Shown: positions 19,087 through 28,940 of the stretch, one piece after another
Layout of the letters: each line of letters starts with the position of its first letter
How positions within the stretch are numbered: position 1 is the stretch's first letter
Assembly (NCBI GenBank): GCA_020793565.1
Contig: DQIP01000236.1
Span: forward strand, 6,069 to 70,068
Source: Candidatus Methanovorans sp.
GTDB taxonomy: Archaea > Halobacteriota > Methanosarcinia > Methanosarcinales > Methanosarcinaceae
DNA length: 64,000 bases
Direction: 5' to 3'
Program-made: the position numbers and the translations under genes
Notes under the pieces: model-generated
Database searches by the model: none
Seen by the model: the letters and a program-made list of their open reading frames with translations, nothing else
Told to the model about the DNA's origin: nothing

Positions 19087-19997
19087 TGATCTGACTCCAC
19101 CAAGACCCCGTGTTCTGTTGTGTTTGTGATGATCGAACTTCCGCCTGCTGCATTAATTGCATCAGCAACAGTCCCTGTTTTGGCTTTGTCCACCAATGCC
19201 ACCATACAACCTCCACCACCGGCACCCGTGATCTTCGCACCGAATGCTCCACTGTTACGTGCAGCATAGACGAGTGATGACAGTTCAATACTACTAACAC
19301 CAACTGAATCAAGCAGTCCGTGATTGATGTTCATCAATTTTCCTATTGATGCGTAATCGCCGTTGTTCACAAGTTCTTTACCAATTTCTGATATACTGCC
19401 AATTGTTGACAGGATCGGACCTATAACCTGTGGATAACTTTCTCGCAAGTTCGCGACATTTACAACAAGTTCTTTTGTGGAAGAGAACATGCCCGTGTTG
19501 CCGATCACGATCTCGCAATCAAGATGTTTCAATTTTGTTCGCTGTGGTATCATGCCCGCACCGCCCATTGTGCTGATATAAGTATCAGTAGGACTCGCAA
19601 CACCCTGAACCTGTATCTCCACTTCATGTCCAAGTTTTGCGATATCTTCAAGAGTTAACTTACAGTCAAAAAGATAATTCAGTGCCGCAATGGTTGCAAT
19701 CGTTACAGCAGCCGATGAGCCTAAACCTGAACCAACCGGAATGTCTGAATCGATTTTGATATTCACACCTTTGATCGATGTAAATTCCCTCATGCACTCG
19801 ATCACTGCCGAAACATAAGGGTGTATCCCAGGATCAATGCCTGTCTTTCCAAGAACCGATTCGATCTTCACGGATTCGCCAGGTTGTCCATGCACACGGG
19901 TTCGAAGGTCTACTGCACAGCATATGGCGCTTTCACCATAGACCACTGCATGTTCACCAAACAGGTATATTTTCCCGGGTGCAGAACAAGTTACCAT
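19083..19997 (-). CDS. mvk: Mevalonate kinase
   Basis: GHMP kinase motifs (APGKIYLFGEHAVVYG, PVGSGLGSSAA, KITGAGGGGC). Confidence 0.9.
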   Translation of the reverse strand: MVTCSAPGKIYLFGEHAVVYGESAICCAVDLRTRVHGQPGESVKIESVLGKTGIDPGIHPYVSAVIECMREFTSIKGVNIKIDSDIPVGSGLGSSAAVTIATIAALNYLFDCKLTLEDIAKLGHEVEIQVQGVASPTDTYISTMGGAGMIPQRTKLKHLDCEIVIGNTGMFSSTKELVVNVANLRESYPQVIGPILSTIGSISEIGKELVNNGDYASIGKLMNINHGLLDSVGVSSIELSSLVYAARNSGAFGAKITGAGGGGCMVALVDKAKTGTVADAINAAGGSSIITNTTEHGVLVESDQ

Positions 19998-20061
19998 TGA
20001 TCATTACTCCTTTGTGAATTACTTGTTGCGATTAAGTGCTGCACACTACATTGAATCGGCA

Positions 20062-20859
20062 TTATTCTACAATGATCGCCGCATATCCAACAACAGCAGA
20101 CATGTCCCCGGTCACGTCACCGCTTGTTGCATATTTCAGAAGAGACTTCTTCTTTGTGCCAAGAACATTTGTTGCAGTGAGCATTGCTGCAATAGGACCG
20201 TACCCACATGCAGAGACATTCTTTTCAGCACGTCGCCTGTAAAATTGTGGAACGTCCATATTCAGGATCGCTTCAATAAGATTATGATCTACATCATGTG
20301 CAATATCAGCGGGCTGATAATGGGTAAAATCACTTGATGCGATAATAACCACTTTTTTACCACTTTCTGATACTGCCCTGGCGATCTCATTGCCTACTTC
20401 AATTGCGGTCTCTTCATCCTGCAATCCCATGCATATTGCCAGTATCTTGAAGTCGTTTCCGAACCGATACTGTAAAAACGGCAACTGGACTTCGATGGAA
20501 TGCTCATAGTTGTGAGCAAGTTCATCAAGATCCACAATGCTGCCTGCAAGTGATTTCGCAAGTTCGATATCAGTTTCGATTTCCCCAAGCGGCGTTGACC
20601 ACGTATTTTGTGACACCGAGACCAATGAACCCATACCTGTATGGTTTGGTCCCAGTATAATATAGGTGTCTGCCTTTGGGAGTACTGCGTATACATGTGC
20701 TGCAACCGAACCCGAATATGCGTATCCGGCATGCGGTACAATAGCACCGATCACATCGCGCTGCGATATATCAATACCGCTAAAGCATTTATTGACCTCT
20801 TTTTTAAGAGACTTTGGATTTAGCGAATAGAACTGTCCTGCAACTGTTGGTTGTCTCAT
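20062..20859 (-). CDS. MEMO1 / AmmeMemoRadiSam system protein B family
   Basis: MRQPTVAGQFY...PHAGYAYSG...GPNH...DFTHY pattern at 265 aa. Confidence 0.85.
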   Translation of the reverse strand: MRQPTVAGQFYSLNPKSLKKEVNKCFSGIDISQRDVIGAIVPHAGYAYSGSVAAHVYAVLPKADTYIILGPNHTGMGSLVSVSQNTWSTPLGEIETDIELAKSLAGSIVDLDELAHNYEHSIEVQLPFLQYRFGNDFKILAICMGLQDEETAIEVGNEIARAVSESGKKVVIIASSDFTHYQPADIAHDVDHNLIEAILNMDVPQFYRRRAEKNVSACGYGPIAAMLTATNVLGTKKKSLLKYATSGDVTGDMSAVVGYAAIIVE

Positions 20860-20972
20860 ACTATTTCACCCCGACCATAGATGTGGGCATCTGCTATATG
20901 TAGTGCTATCTACAATCTTTTGTAGATATTATTCTACAATTATAAGTGAAAGATGACAATTCGAATATGGTC

Positions 20973-21824
20973 TTACAATCCAGGCTCGAAGTCTGTGACT
21001 TCATAGTTGAACGGAATATCGTTCGCCTGTGCAACACCTCTTGCAAGTAACCAGTACACAAGAGACAGTGCTTTTCTACCTTTGTTGTTTGTAGGAATGA
21101 CCAGATCTACGTTAGATGTCATGTTATTGGTATCACACAATGCAACCACTGGAACACCTATGTTCACAGACTCTTTTATAACCTGTGCATCACCTGTTGG
21201 ATCAGTCACAACAATAACATCCGGTTCAAAGAATCCTTCCAGGTTAGGATTTGTAAGTTTACCCGGAATGAACCTTCCAACCATCGCTTTTGCACCGATC
21301 GCTTTTGCGAACATCTTTGCAGGATATTGCCCATATTGGCGTGCAGATACTACAAGAATCTTGGCCGGGTCATATTTGGAAAGGAAATTTGCATTAAGCC
21401 TGATACGCTCATCAGTTGATTGGATGTCAAGAACATATAGCCCGTCTGTTCGGACACGATACACAAATCTCATCATATTCTGTGTTTTCTGCTGCGTACC
21501 GATATGAATTCCTGCTGCAAGGTATTCATCAATAGGTACAAGTGATGTGGATTCTTTTACTTCTACATTCTTTTCTGCATTCCCCACATTTTCTTCTACA
21601 TTTTCTTCCACACACTCTTCTACATTTTCTTCCACACATTCATCTACATTTTCTTCCACACATTCATCTACATTTTCTTCCACACATTCTTCTACATTTT
21701 CTTCCACACATTCATCTACATTTTCTTCCACACATTCTTCTACATTTTCTTCCACACATTCTTCTACATTTTCTTCGATATTTTCTTCGATATTTTCTTC
21801 TACCACTTGATCTGTAACTTCCAT
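20973..21824 (-). CDS. rps2: 30S ribosomal protein uS2 with about 80-aa acidic repeat extension at the N-terminus
   Basis: The core ([19 protein letters not shown]...VVTDP...AL.DTN) is canonical archaeal uS2. The ATG at 21824 is preceded by GAGGTGA 5 nt upstream, which supports translation of the extension. Confidence 0.9.
   Translation of the reverse strand: MEVTDQVVEENIEENIEENVEECVEENVEECVEENVDECVEENVEECVEENVDECVEENVDECVEENVEECVEENVEENVGNAEKNVEVKESTSLVPIDEYLAAGIHIGTQQKTQNMMRFVYRVRTDGLYVLDIQSTDERIRLNANFLSKYDPAKILVVSARQYGQYPAKMFAKAIGAKAMVGRFIPGKLTNPNLEGFFEPDVIVVTDPTGDAQVIKESVNIGVPVVALCDTNNMTSNVDLVIPTNNKGRKALSLVYWLLARGVAQANDIPFNYEVTDFEPGL
21583..21800 (-). repeat. 24-nt (12-nt sub-period) tandem repeats encoding (EENV[E/D]ECV)n inside rps2
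   Basis: The plus strand reads TTCTACATTTTCTTCCACACATTC repeated with only A/T switches. The protein reads [24 protein letters not shown]... with 7 Cys. Confidence 0.95.
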
Positions 21825-21837
21825 GTATTCACCTCAG

Positions 21838-22017
21838 TTATTTGTAATATCTTTTGACCGTAATAGGAATTATACCCTGTTCCAGTTCTTCCATCGCAAT
21901 GCACAACGAATCGAGAGAGTCACCATCAATCAAAATGGGTGCTCCCATTGAGATTTGAAGTGATCTTGCACCAACAATTCTCGCACGCTCATATCTGGTA
22001 TAAACTTGTTTACTCAA
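21838..22017 (-). CDS. rpoK: DNA-directed RNA polymerase subunit K (Rpo6)
   Basis: Absent from the ORF track because it is only 59 aa. Translation is (M)[58 protein letters not shown]. It uses a TTG start with GGGTGAT 3 nt upstream, at the expected position between rpoN and rps2. Confidence 0.85.
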   Translation of the reverse strand: MSKQVYTRYERARIVGARSLQISMGAPILIDGDSLDSLCIAMEELEQGIIPITVKRYYK

Positions 22018-22302
22018 TTAATCACCCTGAATTTAAATTATAATTGGAATTATAACTATAACTATAATTAATTGTAATTGTAATAATTATAATTTTTATT
22101 AATAGAACAGTACGTAAAAATGAACAAGGCTCAACGAAATGATCCTAACAGACCGATCGTGCCTATTATCTATATTATACTGCAATCGTTAAATATAATA
22201 TTATGATTTTTTTCGGAATCCCTCCGAAATGTGGTCGTCATTCTATTCAAATATACGTTATGTAAATTACGGTAAATACCATATTCCTGTGAAAAACAGG
22301 AA

Positions 22303-22410
22303 TGGGGCCGCTGAGATTTGAACTCAGGTACCGGCGTGGTTCGCATTGGTGACGTTGTCACCCAACATGTCCCGAACGCCGAAGGATGGTCCAGGCTACC
22401 CTACGGTCCC
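22303..22410 (-). tRNA. tRNA-Pro (anticodon CGG) with 33-nt intron at 37/38
   Basis: The reverse complement is GGGACCGUAGGGUAGCCUGGACCAUCCUUCGGCGUUCGGG[ACAUGUUGGGUGACAACGUCACCAAUGCGAACC]ACGCCGGUACCUGAGUUCAAAUCUCAGCGGCCCCA. The intron (22338-22370) forms a canonical bulge-helix-bulge: a 4-bp helix UUCG/CGAA flanked by the 3-nt bulges GG|A and CC|A. The acceptor stem has one A4.C69 mismatch. Confidence 0.9.
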
Positions 22411-22411
22411 T

Positions 22412-22600
22412 TTAATGGTATGGTGCCACTACATCAACCAATTCTACATGAGCAAGGAAAATTCTCCTGCAACAATATCTTGAAATATCCAGATCATCAA
22501 GTACTGCTGCTTTTTCCTCACCCTCACTGGTACGTTTCTTGTATTCTTCCCAACTATTGGAAATTACCTTACCACATGTGAAACATCGAACTGGAATCAT
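22412..22600 (-). CDS. rpoN: DNA-directed RNA polymerase subunit N (Rpo10)
   Basis: MIPVRCFTCGKVI...YCCRR is the Rpo10 zinc-bundle signature, at 62 aa. Confidence 0.9.
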   Translation of the reverse strand: MIPVRCFTCGKVISNSWEEYKKRTSEGEEKAAVLDDLDISRYCCRRIFLAHVELVDVVAPYH

Positions 22601-22611
22601 ATTTTAAGATC

Positions 22612-23019
22612 CTACCTGTAAGATTTCTGGTATCGTGCACGTGCACCTGGTCCACCAAATTTCTTTGTTTCCTTTTGCCTGAAATCATTGACAATTAAAT
22701 TACGGTCATATTCTGCAAAGGCATTCCGGATATTAGTATCATTGGTCCATTCAATAATCCCTCTTGCAATCGCAGTCCTTACTGCATTTGCCTGACCGAT
22801 TATTCCGCCTCCGTGAACATTTACATTTATGTCTATACCGGATATAATATCTTCACCTGCAAGCATAAGCGGCTCAAGTATCTTGAGTTTTGCAAACTCC
22901 GGATCATATATCTCTATCGGTTTTTTGTTGATCCGTGTCCTGCCTGTACCTTTTGTGATCGTTGCACGGGCAATTGCGGTTTTATTCTTACCTGATGAAT
23001 TGATAATTTTGGTAGCCAT
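22612..23019 (-). CDS. rps9: 30S ribosomal protein uS9
   Basis: [10 protein letters not shown]...HGGG..GQA.A.R.AIARG...D.R..E.KK.GG.GAR...QKSYR. Confidence 0.95.
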   Translation of the reverse strand: MATKIINSSGKNKTAIARATITKGTGRTRINKKPIEIYDPEFAKLKILEPLMLAGEDIISGIDINVNVHGGGIIGQANAVRTAIARGIIEWTNDTNIRNAFAEYDRNLIVNDFRQKETKKFGGPGARARYQKSYR

Positions 23020-23031
23020 GTATTATCCTCC

Positions 23032-23460
23032 TTAGAATTTTGCACCTAAGTGTTTACTTACATCCCCGAGTCTGACGTACTTGTTTGAGCTTAATCGGTT
23101 CATACTGGCATTTTCAACCGTAATGAGTTTTTCACCTTTAAGCTCTGATGGAATGCCTACATGGATCTTAAGTCGTGCCATTGCGTCCTTTCCTCTTAAT
23201 CGCTTGTATGGAAGCATACCCCGTACAGTTCTTTTAAGTATCCTTTCAGGTCTTTTTGGAAAATACGGGCCAAATTCACGTGTACCCATATTCCTTATTT
23301 CTTTGTACTCTTCAAATGTCGTCACTTTTGAACCGGATATCACTGCTTTTTCCGCATTCACGATCCCGATCTCTTCTCCTGCTAACAAACGCTTTGCAAC
23401 AGTACTTGCAAGCCGTCCCATTATGAGTCCATCTGCATCAATAACCATCATATTAAACAC
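23032..23460 (-). CDS. rpl13: 50S ribosomal protein uL13
   Basis: [21 protein letters not shown]...VNAEK...G contains uL13 conserved blocks. Confidence 0.95.
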   Translation of the reverse strand: MFNMMVIDADGLIMGRLASTVAKRLLAGEEIGIVNAEKAVISGSKVTTFEEYKEIRNMGTREFGPYFPKRPERILKRTVRGMLPYKRLRGKDAMARLKIHVGIPSELKGEKLITVENASMNRLSSNKYVRLGDVSKHLGAKF

Positions 23461-23865
23461 CTATTGTAAAATCCTTATTCCAGACCCTCTCGGACTTTCA
23501 TCGAGTATCTGTTCGATGGTCAGGCATTTGCCTCCGACCACGGTTATCTTTTTTGCTGCCACACCACTAAAACCAAGTGCTGCAACAGTTACTGCATGAC
23601 CCAATGCCCCGGCACCAAGTACCTTACCTGCTACAATGACTACTTCATTTTCGGATGAGTGCCTGTTAATGGTACTCATATTCACTGCTGCGTATTGGCG
23701 ACTGGGTTTTTCGAGCCTTTTCGCAATGTCTCTCCAGATCGGTGCATCATTAGCACGTGATGCGTCCTTGAGTGCAAAAATTAAAGCTGGGACTCTGGGA
23801 TTTGTTTTCCTTGTTATCCTTTGTTGGGATCTTCTACTCATTAATGCTCCTCCGCAAGATTTCAT
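23461..23865 (-). CDS. rpl18e: 50S ribosomal protein eL18 (L18e)
   Basis: KTNP....LI..L......AP.W.DIA..L..P.R....VN...I......VVV.GKVLG.G is the L18e pattern. The true start is probably the internal MSRRS at 23841. Confidence 0.9.
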   Translation of the reverse strand: MKSCGGALMSRRSQQRITRKTNPRVPALIFALKDASRANDAPIWRDIAKRLEKPSRQYAAVNMSTINRHSSENEVVIVAGKVLGAGALGHAVTVAALGFSGVAAKKITVVGGKCLTIEQILDESPRGSGIRILQ

Positions 23866-24288
23866 TATAATGTATCTTACTCACGCAATTACTGCGTTCG
23901 AACATTCTCATAATATAAACTACAAGAACATCTTATACACTAAACTTAAACTAATGTAAAGCGAATCTTTGAATAACGTTACTAGTACATAAAGATTATG
24001 CGCATGTAATTCATAAGTTGAGAAAAAAAATAATATCGTAATATTTACTGGAAACTTTTCGAATAAATTGAATTCATGCTATCATATGCCAGTGTATCCA
24101 TAAATATTATTTTGATGATCACATCCCACATACCTGCTGCTATCGGGTGTGCCGTCATAACGTTTGGTTCGAGATGTTATTATCACCGGAAATAATGAAA
24201 GGTCTCGTAAATTAATACTTGACCTCAGATGGAGTTATTCCTGCCACATATTGGTTGTCCCTGCGTGCATTTTTCACACAGATAGCGG

Positions 24289-24380
24289 GGGCTGGTGCAA
24301 CAGAAGCGACGCAAAAAACGCGTCACCTGTGGAGTACAGTTCCAATTACAGGCAACACCTTGCACAGCTTCTGCCAACCC
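24289..24380 (-). ncRNA. Candidate structured small RNA (function unknown)
   Basis: A nested helix set is read in the sequence. GGGCTGG (24289-95) pairs with CCAACCC (24374-80), and CAGAAGC (24301-07) pairs with GCTTCTG (24367-73). These enclose the hairpins GACGC-N7-GCGTC and CCTGT-N17-ACAGG. The single C.A mismatch on the plus strand becomes a G.U wobble on the minus strand. It lies in a 630-bp gap with no credible ORF. Confidence 0.3.
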
Positions 24381-24494
24381 GTAAATCCCATTTTTATAAC
24401 AATATACGTAAACACAACCAAGCAGGCATTGGTAACTCGTACATATTCCTGACAGTAGTGGTGTACAGCGCTGTCTGGTTTAACAAGTTCAATT

Positions 24495-26165
24495 TTACTT
24501 ACGTTGCATAGAATATATGTATTCTATACGCTGGATGGTGTCGGCCTCATCCGGAGATTTGTCATCCCTGATATTTACAAGTCTCGGGAAACGAAGCGCA
24601 AACCCGGATTCATAATTCGTACTTTTCTGTATCTCCTCGAATGCGATCTCAAACACCACTTCAGGCTTAAGTTCTATCCCCATGCCGGATTCAATGACGA
24701 TCAGGTTTGAAAATGTCGCTGTAAGTTCTGCAAGTTGCTCATCATTAATGCCGGTTCCAACCTTTCCCAGAGGCAAAAATCGTCCCGTATCCGGGTCATG
24801 GCATGCAAGAGTGTATGAACCCATATAATTAGCACGCCTGCCATATCCCCATTCTGCACCGATCACAACAAGATCAAGCGTTTCCATCACTGGTTTTTTC
24901 TTGAGCCAGTTCTTACCGCGCTTTCCGGGGGAATATGGTGAATTTGGATTTTTGATCATTATCCCTTCATGACCAGCCTCCAATGCTTCATTATATATCC
25001 TGTTCACTTCTTCAATATCGCCTGTCAGTACCTGCTCATCCACCTTGACAGTACCTGCATTCTCGACACAACCAAGCAGTGCAGCCCTACGATCGGTAAG
25101 CGGCTTATCAATAAGATCCTCACCATTCAGGTACACCAGGTCAAATAGTCGCAAAGTAAGTGGGATCTTACGTGCAGTCGTCTCCACATCATATTTGCGG
25201 CGGAAACGTTTCAATATCTCCTGGAACGCGCGCGGTCTGCCGGATTCATCAACTGCGAACGCCTCACCATCAAGTATCGCTGAATCAGCGCTGACGTGTT
25301 CCTTAACCGCCGAAACAATATCAGGTAGTGAACGGGTTACGTTTTCAAGCCGTCTTGAGAATAACGTAATATTGTCGCCATCCTTATGTATCTGGACGCG
25401 TGCGCCATCGAATTTCCACTCAATAGCAACAGTTTCCATTTCACTTATTGCACTTTCAATAGTTGGTGTGACCTGGGCAAGCATCATCTTGATAGGACGT
25501 TTCAACTCAAGGCCTAATTTTGTAACTTCCCCTGAACCGCCGCGTCTTGCAGTAACTGCAACAAGTCCCATGTCATTGGTCAACATGAACGCGCGTTCAA
25601 CATCAGGAACAGGAACCTCAAACGCCTTTGAAATTGCATCCCTTACAATTCCCTCACCAACACCAATACGCAGGTCTTCAATTGCAAGTCGTGCTATATA
25701 CCCGGCTTGTTCCGGGGAAGATGAATTGAAAAGATACTGCAGGTTTTTTATTTTAGTTGCCTGGGAACCTTTTCCGGAAACTTTTGATATGTTCTTGAAA
25801 CGCTCGAACACCTCAAGTATGGCAAGTTGTGGCGTTTCACAGAGAAATGATGAAAATGTTTTATTGGACAGTGCCACCGTTGCAGCCATCCCGATGTCAC
25901 CCGTATCGCGAACTAGTAATTCCATTTCTTTGATCGATATACCTGCCGTTTTTGAAAGTGCAGCATAGAGCAGGCTCGTGCCAATACCCAGATCTTCGCT
26001 ACTCCATGCAGGAAACACCTCGCCCATGATAAAATGCGTAACAACCGGAAGTTCATCACAGGTGACATCCTGCAGGAGTTGTGCAACATGCCCTGTCATC
26101 TCAAGTGAGCCCGGAATGTTTTCGATAGTCCTGCACACCTGTGCAAATTCGTTAAAACCTGTCAT
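24495..26165 (-). CDS. lig: ATP-dependent DNA ligase
   Basis: 556 aa with the adenylation-site block [12 protein letters not shown] and the [12 protein letters not shown] and W.K.K blocks of archaeal Lig1-type ligases. Confidence 0.95.
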   Translation of the reverse strand: MTGFNEFAQVCRTIENIPGSLEMTGHVAQLLQDVTCDELPVVTHFIMGEVFPAWSSEDLGIGTSLLYAALSKTAGISIKEMELLVRDTGDIGMAATVALSNKTFSSFLCETPQLAILEVFERFKNISKVSGKGSQATKIKNLQYLFNSSSPEQAGYIARLAIEDLRIGVGEGIVRDAISKAFEVPVPDVERAFMLTNDMGLVAVTARRGGSGEVTKLGLELKRPIKMMLAQVTPTIESAISEMETVAIEWKFDGARVQIHKDGDNITLFSRRLENVTRSLPDIVSAVKEHVSADSAILDGEAFAVDESGRPRAFQEILKRFRRKYDVETTARKIPLTLRLFDLVYLNGEDLIDKPLTDRRAALLGCVENAGTVKVDEQVLTGDIEEVNRIYNEALEAGHEGIMIKNPNSPYSPGKRGKNWLKKKPVMETLDLVVIGAEWGYGRRANYMGSYTLACHDPDTGRFLPLGKVGTGINDEQLAELTATFSNLIVIESGMGIELKPEVVFEIAFEEIQKSTNYESGFALRFPRLVNIRDDKSPDEADTIQRIEYIYSMQRK

Positions 26166-26286
26166 GTCACTCCAAAGTTTATGCTATTAATTGATAAGCG
26201 AATTGGTAATATCTCACTCACATTCTGAATTAGTGTAAAAGGTTACCCAATATCATTAGATCACACGGTTATGCCCATTTAACCTG

Positions 26287-27291
26287 TTATCGATAGATCG
26301 CTATAACATCGCTTATGATCGCACTTGCAGTCTCTATGGAACCTGCGCCCTTGCCTGTGATCGTCACAGTTCCTGCAAGGTCAGTCTGGATGGATGCGAC
26401 GTTTAGTGTTCCGCCTACCGCCAGCGGATGTCCGACCGGAACCAATCTAGGTCCCACACGGATCAGGTCTTTCCTGACCTCTCCTATCAGTTTGACCACA
26501 TATCCGTCATTCTGTGCCAGCATCAGGGATTCAGGTGTGATCTTTGTGATCCCCGTAACATCAATATCCTTGTAAGTGGCATCCATCCCAAAGATGGAAT
26601 TTGCGAGGATAACCAATTTACATGCCGCATCGATCCCCTCAACGTCATAGGCCGGGTCGGTCTCGGCAATACCGAGTTCCTGTGATTCGGCAAGCATCTG
26701 CTCGTAGGAAGCCTGTTCTTCCATCATGCGCGTTAGTATGTAGTTGCATGTCCCGTTCAATATTCCTTCGATACTGATAATATCATTACCTGCAAGGACC
26801 TCCCTGATGAGATTGATGATCGGCATCGCACCGCCGACCGTTGCTTCGAATTTGAAATTAGAACCGTTTTCACTTGCGATCCCTGCCAGTTCCCTGTACT
26901 TTAGCGCAAGCGGTCCCTTGTTCGAAGTGACAACATCACGGCCATGCTCAAAAGCCGCACGCATGTTTGCAAGCCCGACCCCACCTGTATCGATATCGGT
27001 TGGTGTGGTTTCGATCACAAGTTCATGGTCTATGGTTGTGATGATCTCGAGTCCTGTGTACTTTTCGGATCCCACAGTACCTTTATCTTTACCATTGGCA
27101 CGTTTTTTGGACAGGACTTTTGAGAGATCCACACCATCAGGATCAATGGCAGCCCCTTTTGAATCCGCGATTGCTACAACCTTGATGTCAAGACCAATAT
27201 TTTTGAGATATTCGTCCTTTTGTAACAGTACCTCTGCAACTCCCTGTCCGACAGCCCCAAATCCAATAATGGATGCACGTATTGTTTTCAT
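26287..27291 (-). CDS. hom: Homoserine dehydrogenase
   Basis: N-terminal Rossmann block [11 protein letters not shown], plus [12 protein letters not shown] and the C-terminal catalytic domain pattern. Confidence 0.85.
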   Translation of the reverse strand: MKTIRASIIGFGAVGQGVAEVLLQKDEYLKNIGLDIKVVAIADSKGAAIDPDGVDLSKVLSKKRANGKDKGTVGSEKYTGLEIITTIDHELVIETTPTDIDTGGVGLANMRAAFEHGRDVVTSNKGPLALKYRELAGIASENGSNFKFEATVGGAMPIINLIREVLAGNDIISIEGILNGTCNYILTRMMEEQASYEQMLAESQELGIAETDPAYDVEGIDAACKLVILANSIFGMDATYKDIDVTGITKITPESLMLAQNDGYVVKLIGEVRKDLIRVGPRLVPVGHPLAVGGTLNVASIQTDLAGTVTITGKGAGSIETASAIISDVIAIYR

Positions 27292-27302
27292 TGGATCACC
27301 TA

Positions 27303-27809
27303 TTACATTAATTCAGTATCTATCGGCTCAATGACCAGAATATCTTTTTTATCAGCCACTGCTTTTAGCAACAATATGGCATCGTTCATTTCCGGTTTCC
27401 CGATAGCATCTATTTTCAGGAGTGCTGATGAAGGCATATCTATGCTAGGCATTGAAAGAGAAAGATCAACTACCTCTGCAAATCCTGTCCTGTCGATATT
27501 GTCGATCGTGTCCTGTATGTCTGTGTGAATGATATGACCTATCATGATGACTGCGCCGTGTTCAAGGAATCGTTCTTCTCCTGCCCTGACAACACTTACA
27601 CCGCTCCTCTCAAATCGTGAAATGATCGCATCAAGTTTATCAGGATCGATCTCAAGCACAAGCTGAACTGGAATTGTGCCGCGGGGTGTGCGTTTTTCAT
27701 GATGGTGGACCACAGATACCAGGTTTCCTTTCAATTCAGATATCGGGTTTAGTGCTAAAAGTAACTGCCCGGGAATATCTTTTAATTCTATATCCATTGA
27801 AACTCGCAT
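27303..27809 (-). CDS. ACT-domain (amino-acid-binding) protein
   Basis: 168 aa with two ACT-like halves (DIPGQLL...). It has the usual position upstream of hom in archaea. Confidence 0.7.
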   Translation of the reverse strand: MRVSMDIELKDIPGQLLLALNPISELKGNLVSVVHHHEKRTPRGTIPVQLVLEIDPDKLDAIISRFERSGVSVVRAGEERFLEHGAVIMIGHIIHTDIQDTIDNIDRTGFAEVVDLSLSMPSIDMPSSALLKIDAIGKPEMNDAILLLKAVADKKDILVIEPIDTELM

Positions 27810-27916
27810 ATTATCCTCGTTTTAACTTTTCAGTGTCAAATGTGCTCATTAATAATACTTTTATCGCTACTGTTTGATGACAGTTAGATATTTTGATAGA
27901 AGATGATGTTGCATTT

Positions 27917-28738
27917 TTATTCCCCATCACTAATTCGAATGATATTGCCCCTGCCCTTTTTGAATTTCTCGATAAGGCCTCTTTGTTCAAGATCTGAGAC
28001 CATAAGGCTTACTTTCGCTTCGGAATATTTCAGTTTGCTGCGAAGTTCTTTTTGTGTGATCCGACCGCCGCTTGTTTTTATAATTTCCATTACTTCCAAC
28101 AGGTCAGCTGGAAGGGGCGCGGTTGTTTTTGTTTTAATTACCGGATCGTTTTCTTCAGGTACATCGATCTCTTTTTCATCCGGCGGTACTATTAGTCTTT
28201 TTGTTTCGGCTTCGTTTTTTTCATTTTCAGGAGAGCGCTTTTTGTATGCGTAAATTGAAATGCGGACAATAATAAAGATCATTATCAGGGCAACCGGATA
28301 GAACAAACGATGATCTGTGCTCTCTTCAATTAACATTGTTTCTTCGTTAAAATCCTCGGTTATGCCTGACAATTCCGTTTCATTTACAAGTTCATCATCA
28401 TATGCCGGAAAGAGCAGTAAGTCCAGCACATAATTGCCGTCATCTGTTATTGTTATCGTTTCATCCGTGAAACATGCAAGTGTATTATTCTGGTAATATC
28501 TGGCAGTGATCAGGTAATCTCCCTGCGCAAGATTAAATGAATATAACCCATACCTTGCCACAATAGACTGCGGAGGAGTGGAATTTACTTCGATAACCGC
28601 ATTCTCGATCGGTTGGAATGTGTACCATTTATATACCGCACCATGTATGGTGGCGGTGCCTGCTGCCTGTGCTGTGCTAATTAGTAATAATATGGCTAAT
28701 GCGTATGCCAGCACATGAAATATGTATTTTGATCTCAC
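27917..28738 (-). CDS. Membrane-anchored winged-HTH protein with extracellular CarboxypepD_reg-like domain (COG2512-like)
   Basis: It has a signal/TM at the N-terminus, a beta-rich domain (IHGAVY...GDYLITARY), a central TM, and a C-terminal wHTH (ITQKELRSKLKYSEAKVSLMVSDLEQRGLIEK.KKGRGNII). Confidence 0.6.
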   Translation of the reverse strand: MRSKYIFHVLAYALAILLLISTAQAAGTATIHGAVYKWYTFQPIENAVIEVNSTPPQSIVARYGLYSFNLAQGDYLITARYYQNNTLACFTDETITITDDGNYVLDLLLFPAYDDELVNETELSGITEDFNEETMLIEESTDHRLFYPVALIMIFIIVRISIYAYKKRSPENEKNEAETKRLIVPPDEKEIDVPEENDPVIKTKTTAPLPADLLEVMEIIKTSGGRITQKELRSKLKYSEAKVSLMVSDLEQRGLIEKFKKGRGNIIRISDGE

Positions 28739-28940
28739 AATGGTACGTTAAAGTGTTGTTTGCATATATCTTTTGCTCATAGATTTTAAGGGTAGATAAA
28801 GTTTTATAAAGCAAAACATTATGAAATAATGCTTTAAATCCAATTTTAAATCATTATGTTTTTTCATAAAGTAAAGTATGCTTATATTAAAACTTGCCAA
28901 TTGGGAACCGTATTCATTATTAAAACGGAGGATATAAAAT

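Noticed and set aside
21542-21817. Two plus-strand ORFs (91 and 87 aa) with periodic HFLP / SSTF sequences.
   Set aside because: They are antisense read-through of the rps2 24-nt repeats. The minus-strand frame continues into a canonical uS2 and has an SD plus ATG.
24164-24511. ORFs 24164-24511 and 24219-24452 in the lig-rpl18e gap. I also tried to assign the region to RNase P RNA (GGTGCAACAGAAGC resembles the conserved GUGCAACAGA block) or SRP RNA.
   Set aside because: The ORFs have odd composition, no RBS, and run into the lig 3' end. The RNase P hallmark GGAAAGUCC / ACAGAA..GGCUUA and the SRP GGUCCGGAAGGAAGCAGCC-type motifs are absent. Only an unclassified structured-RNA candidate is reported.
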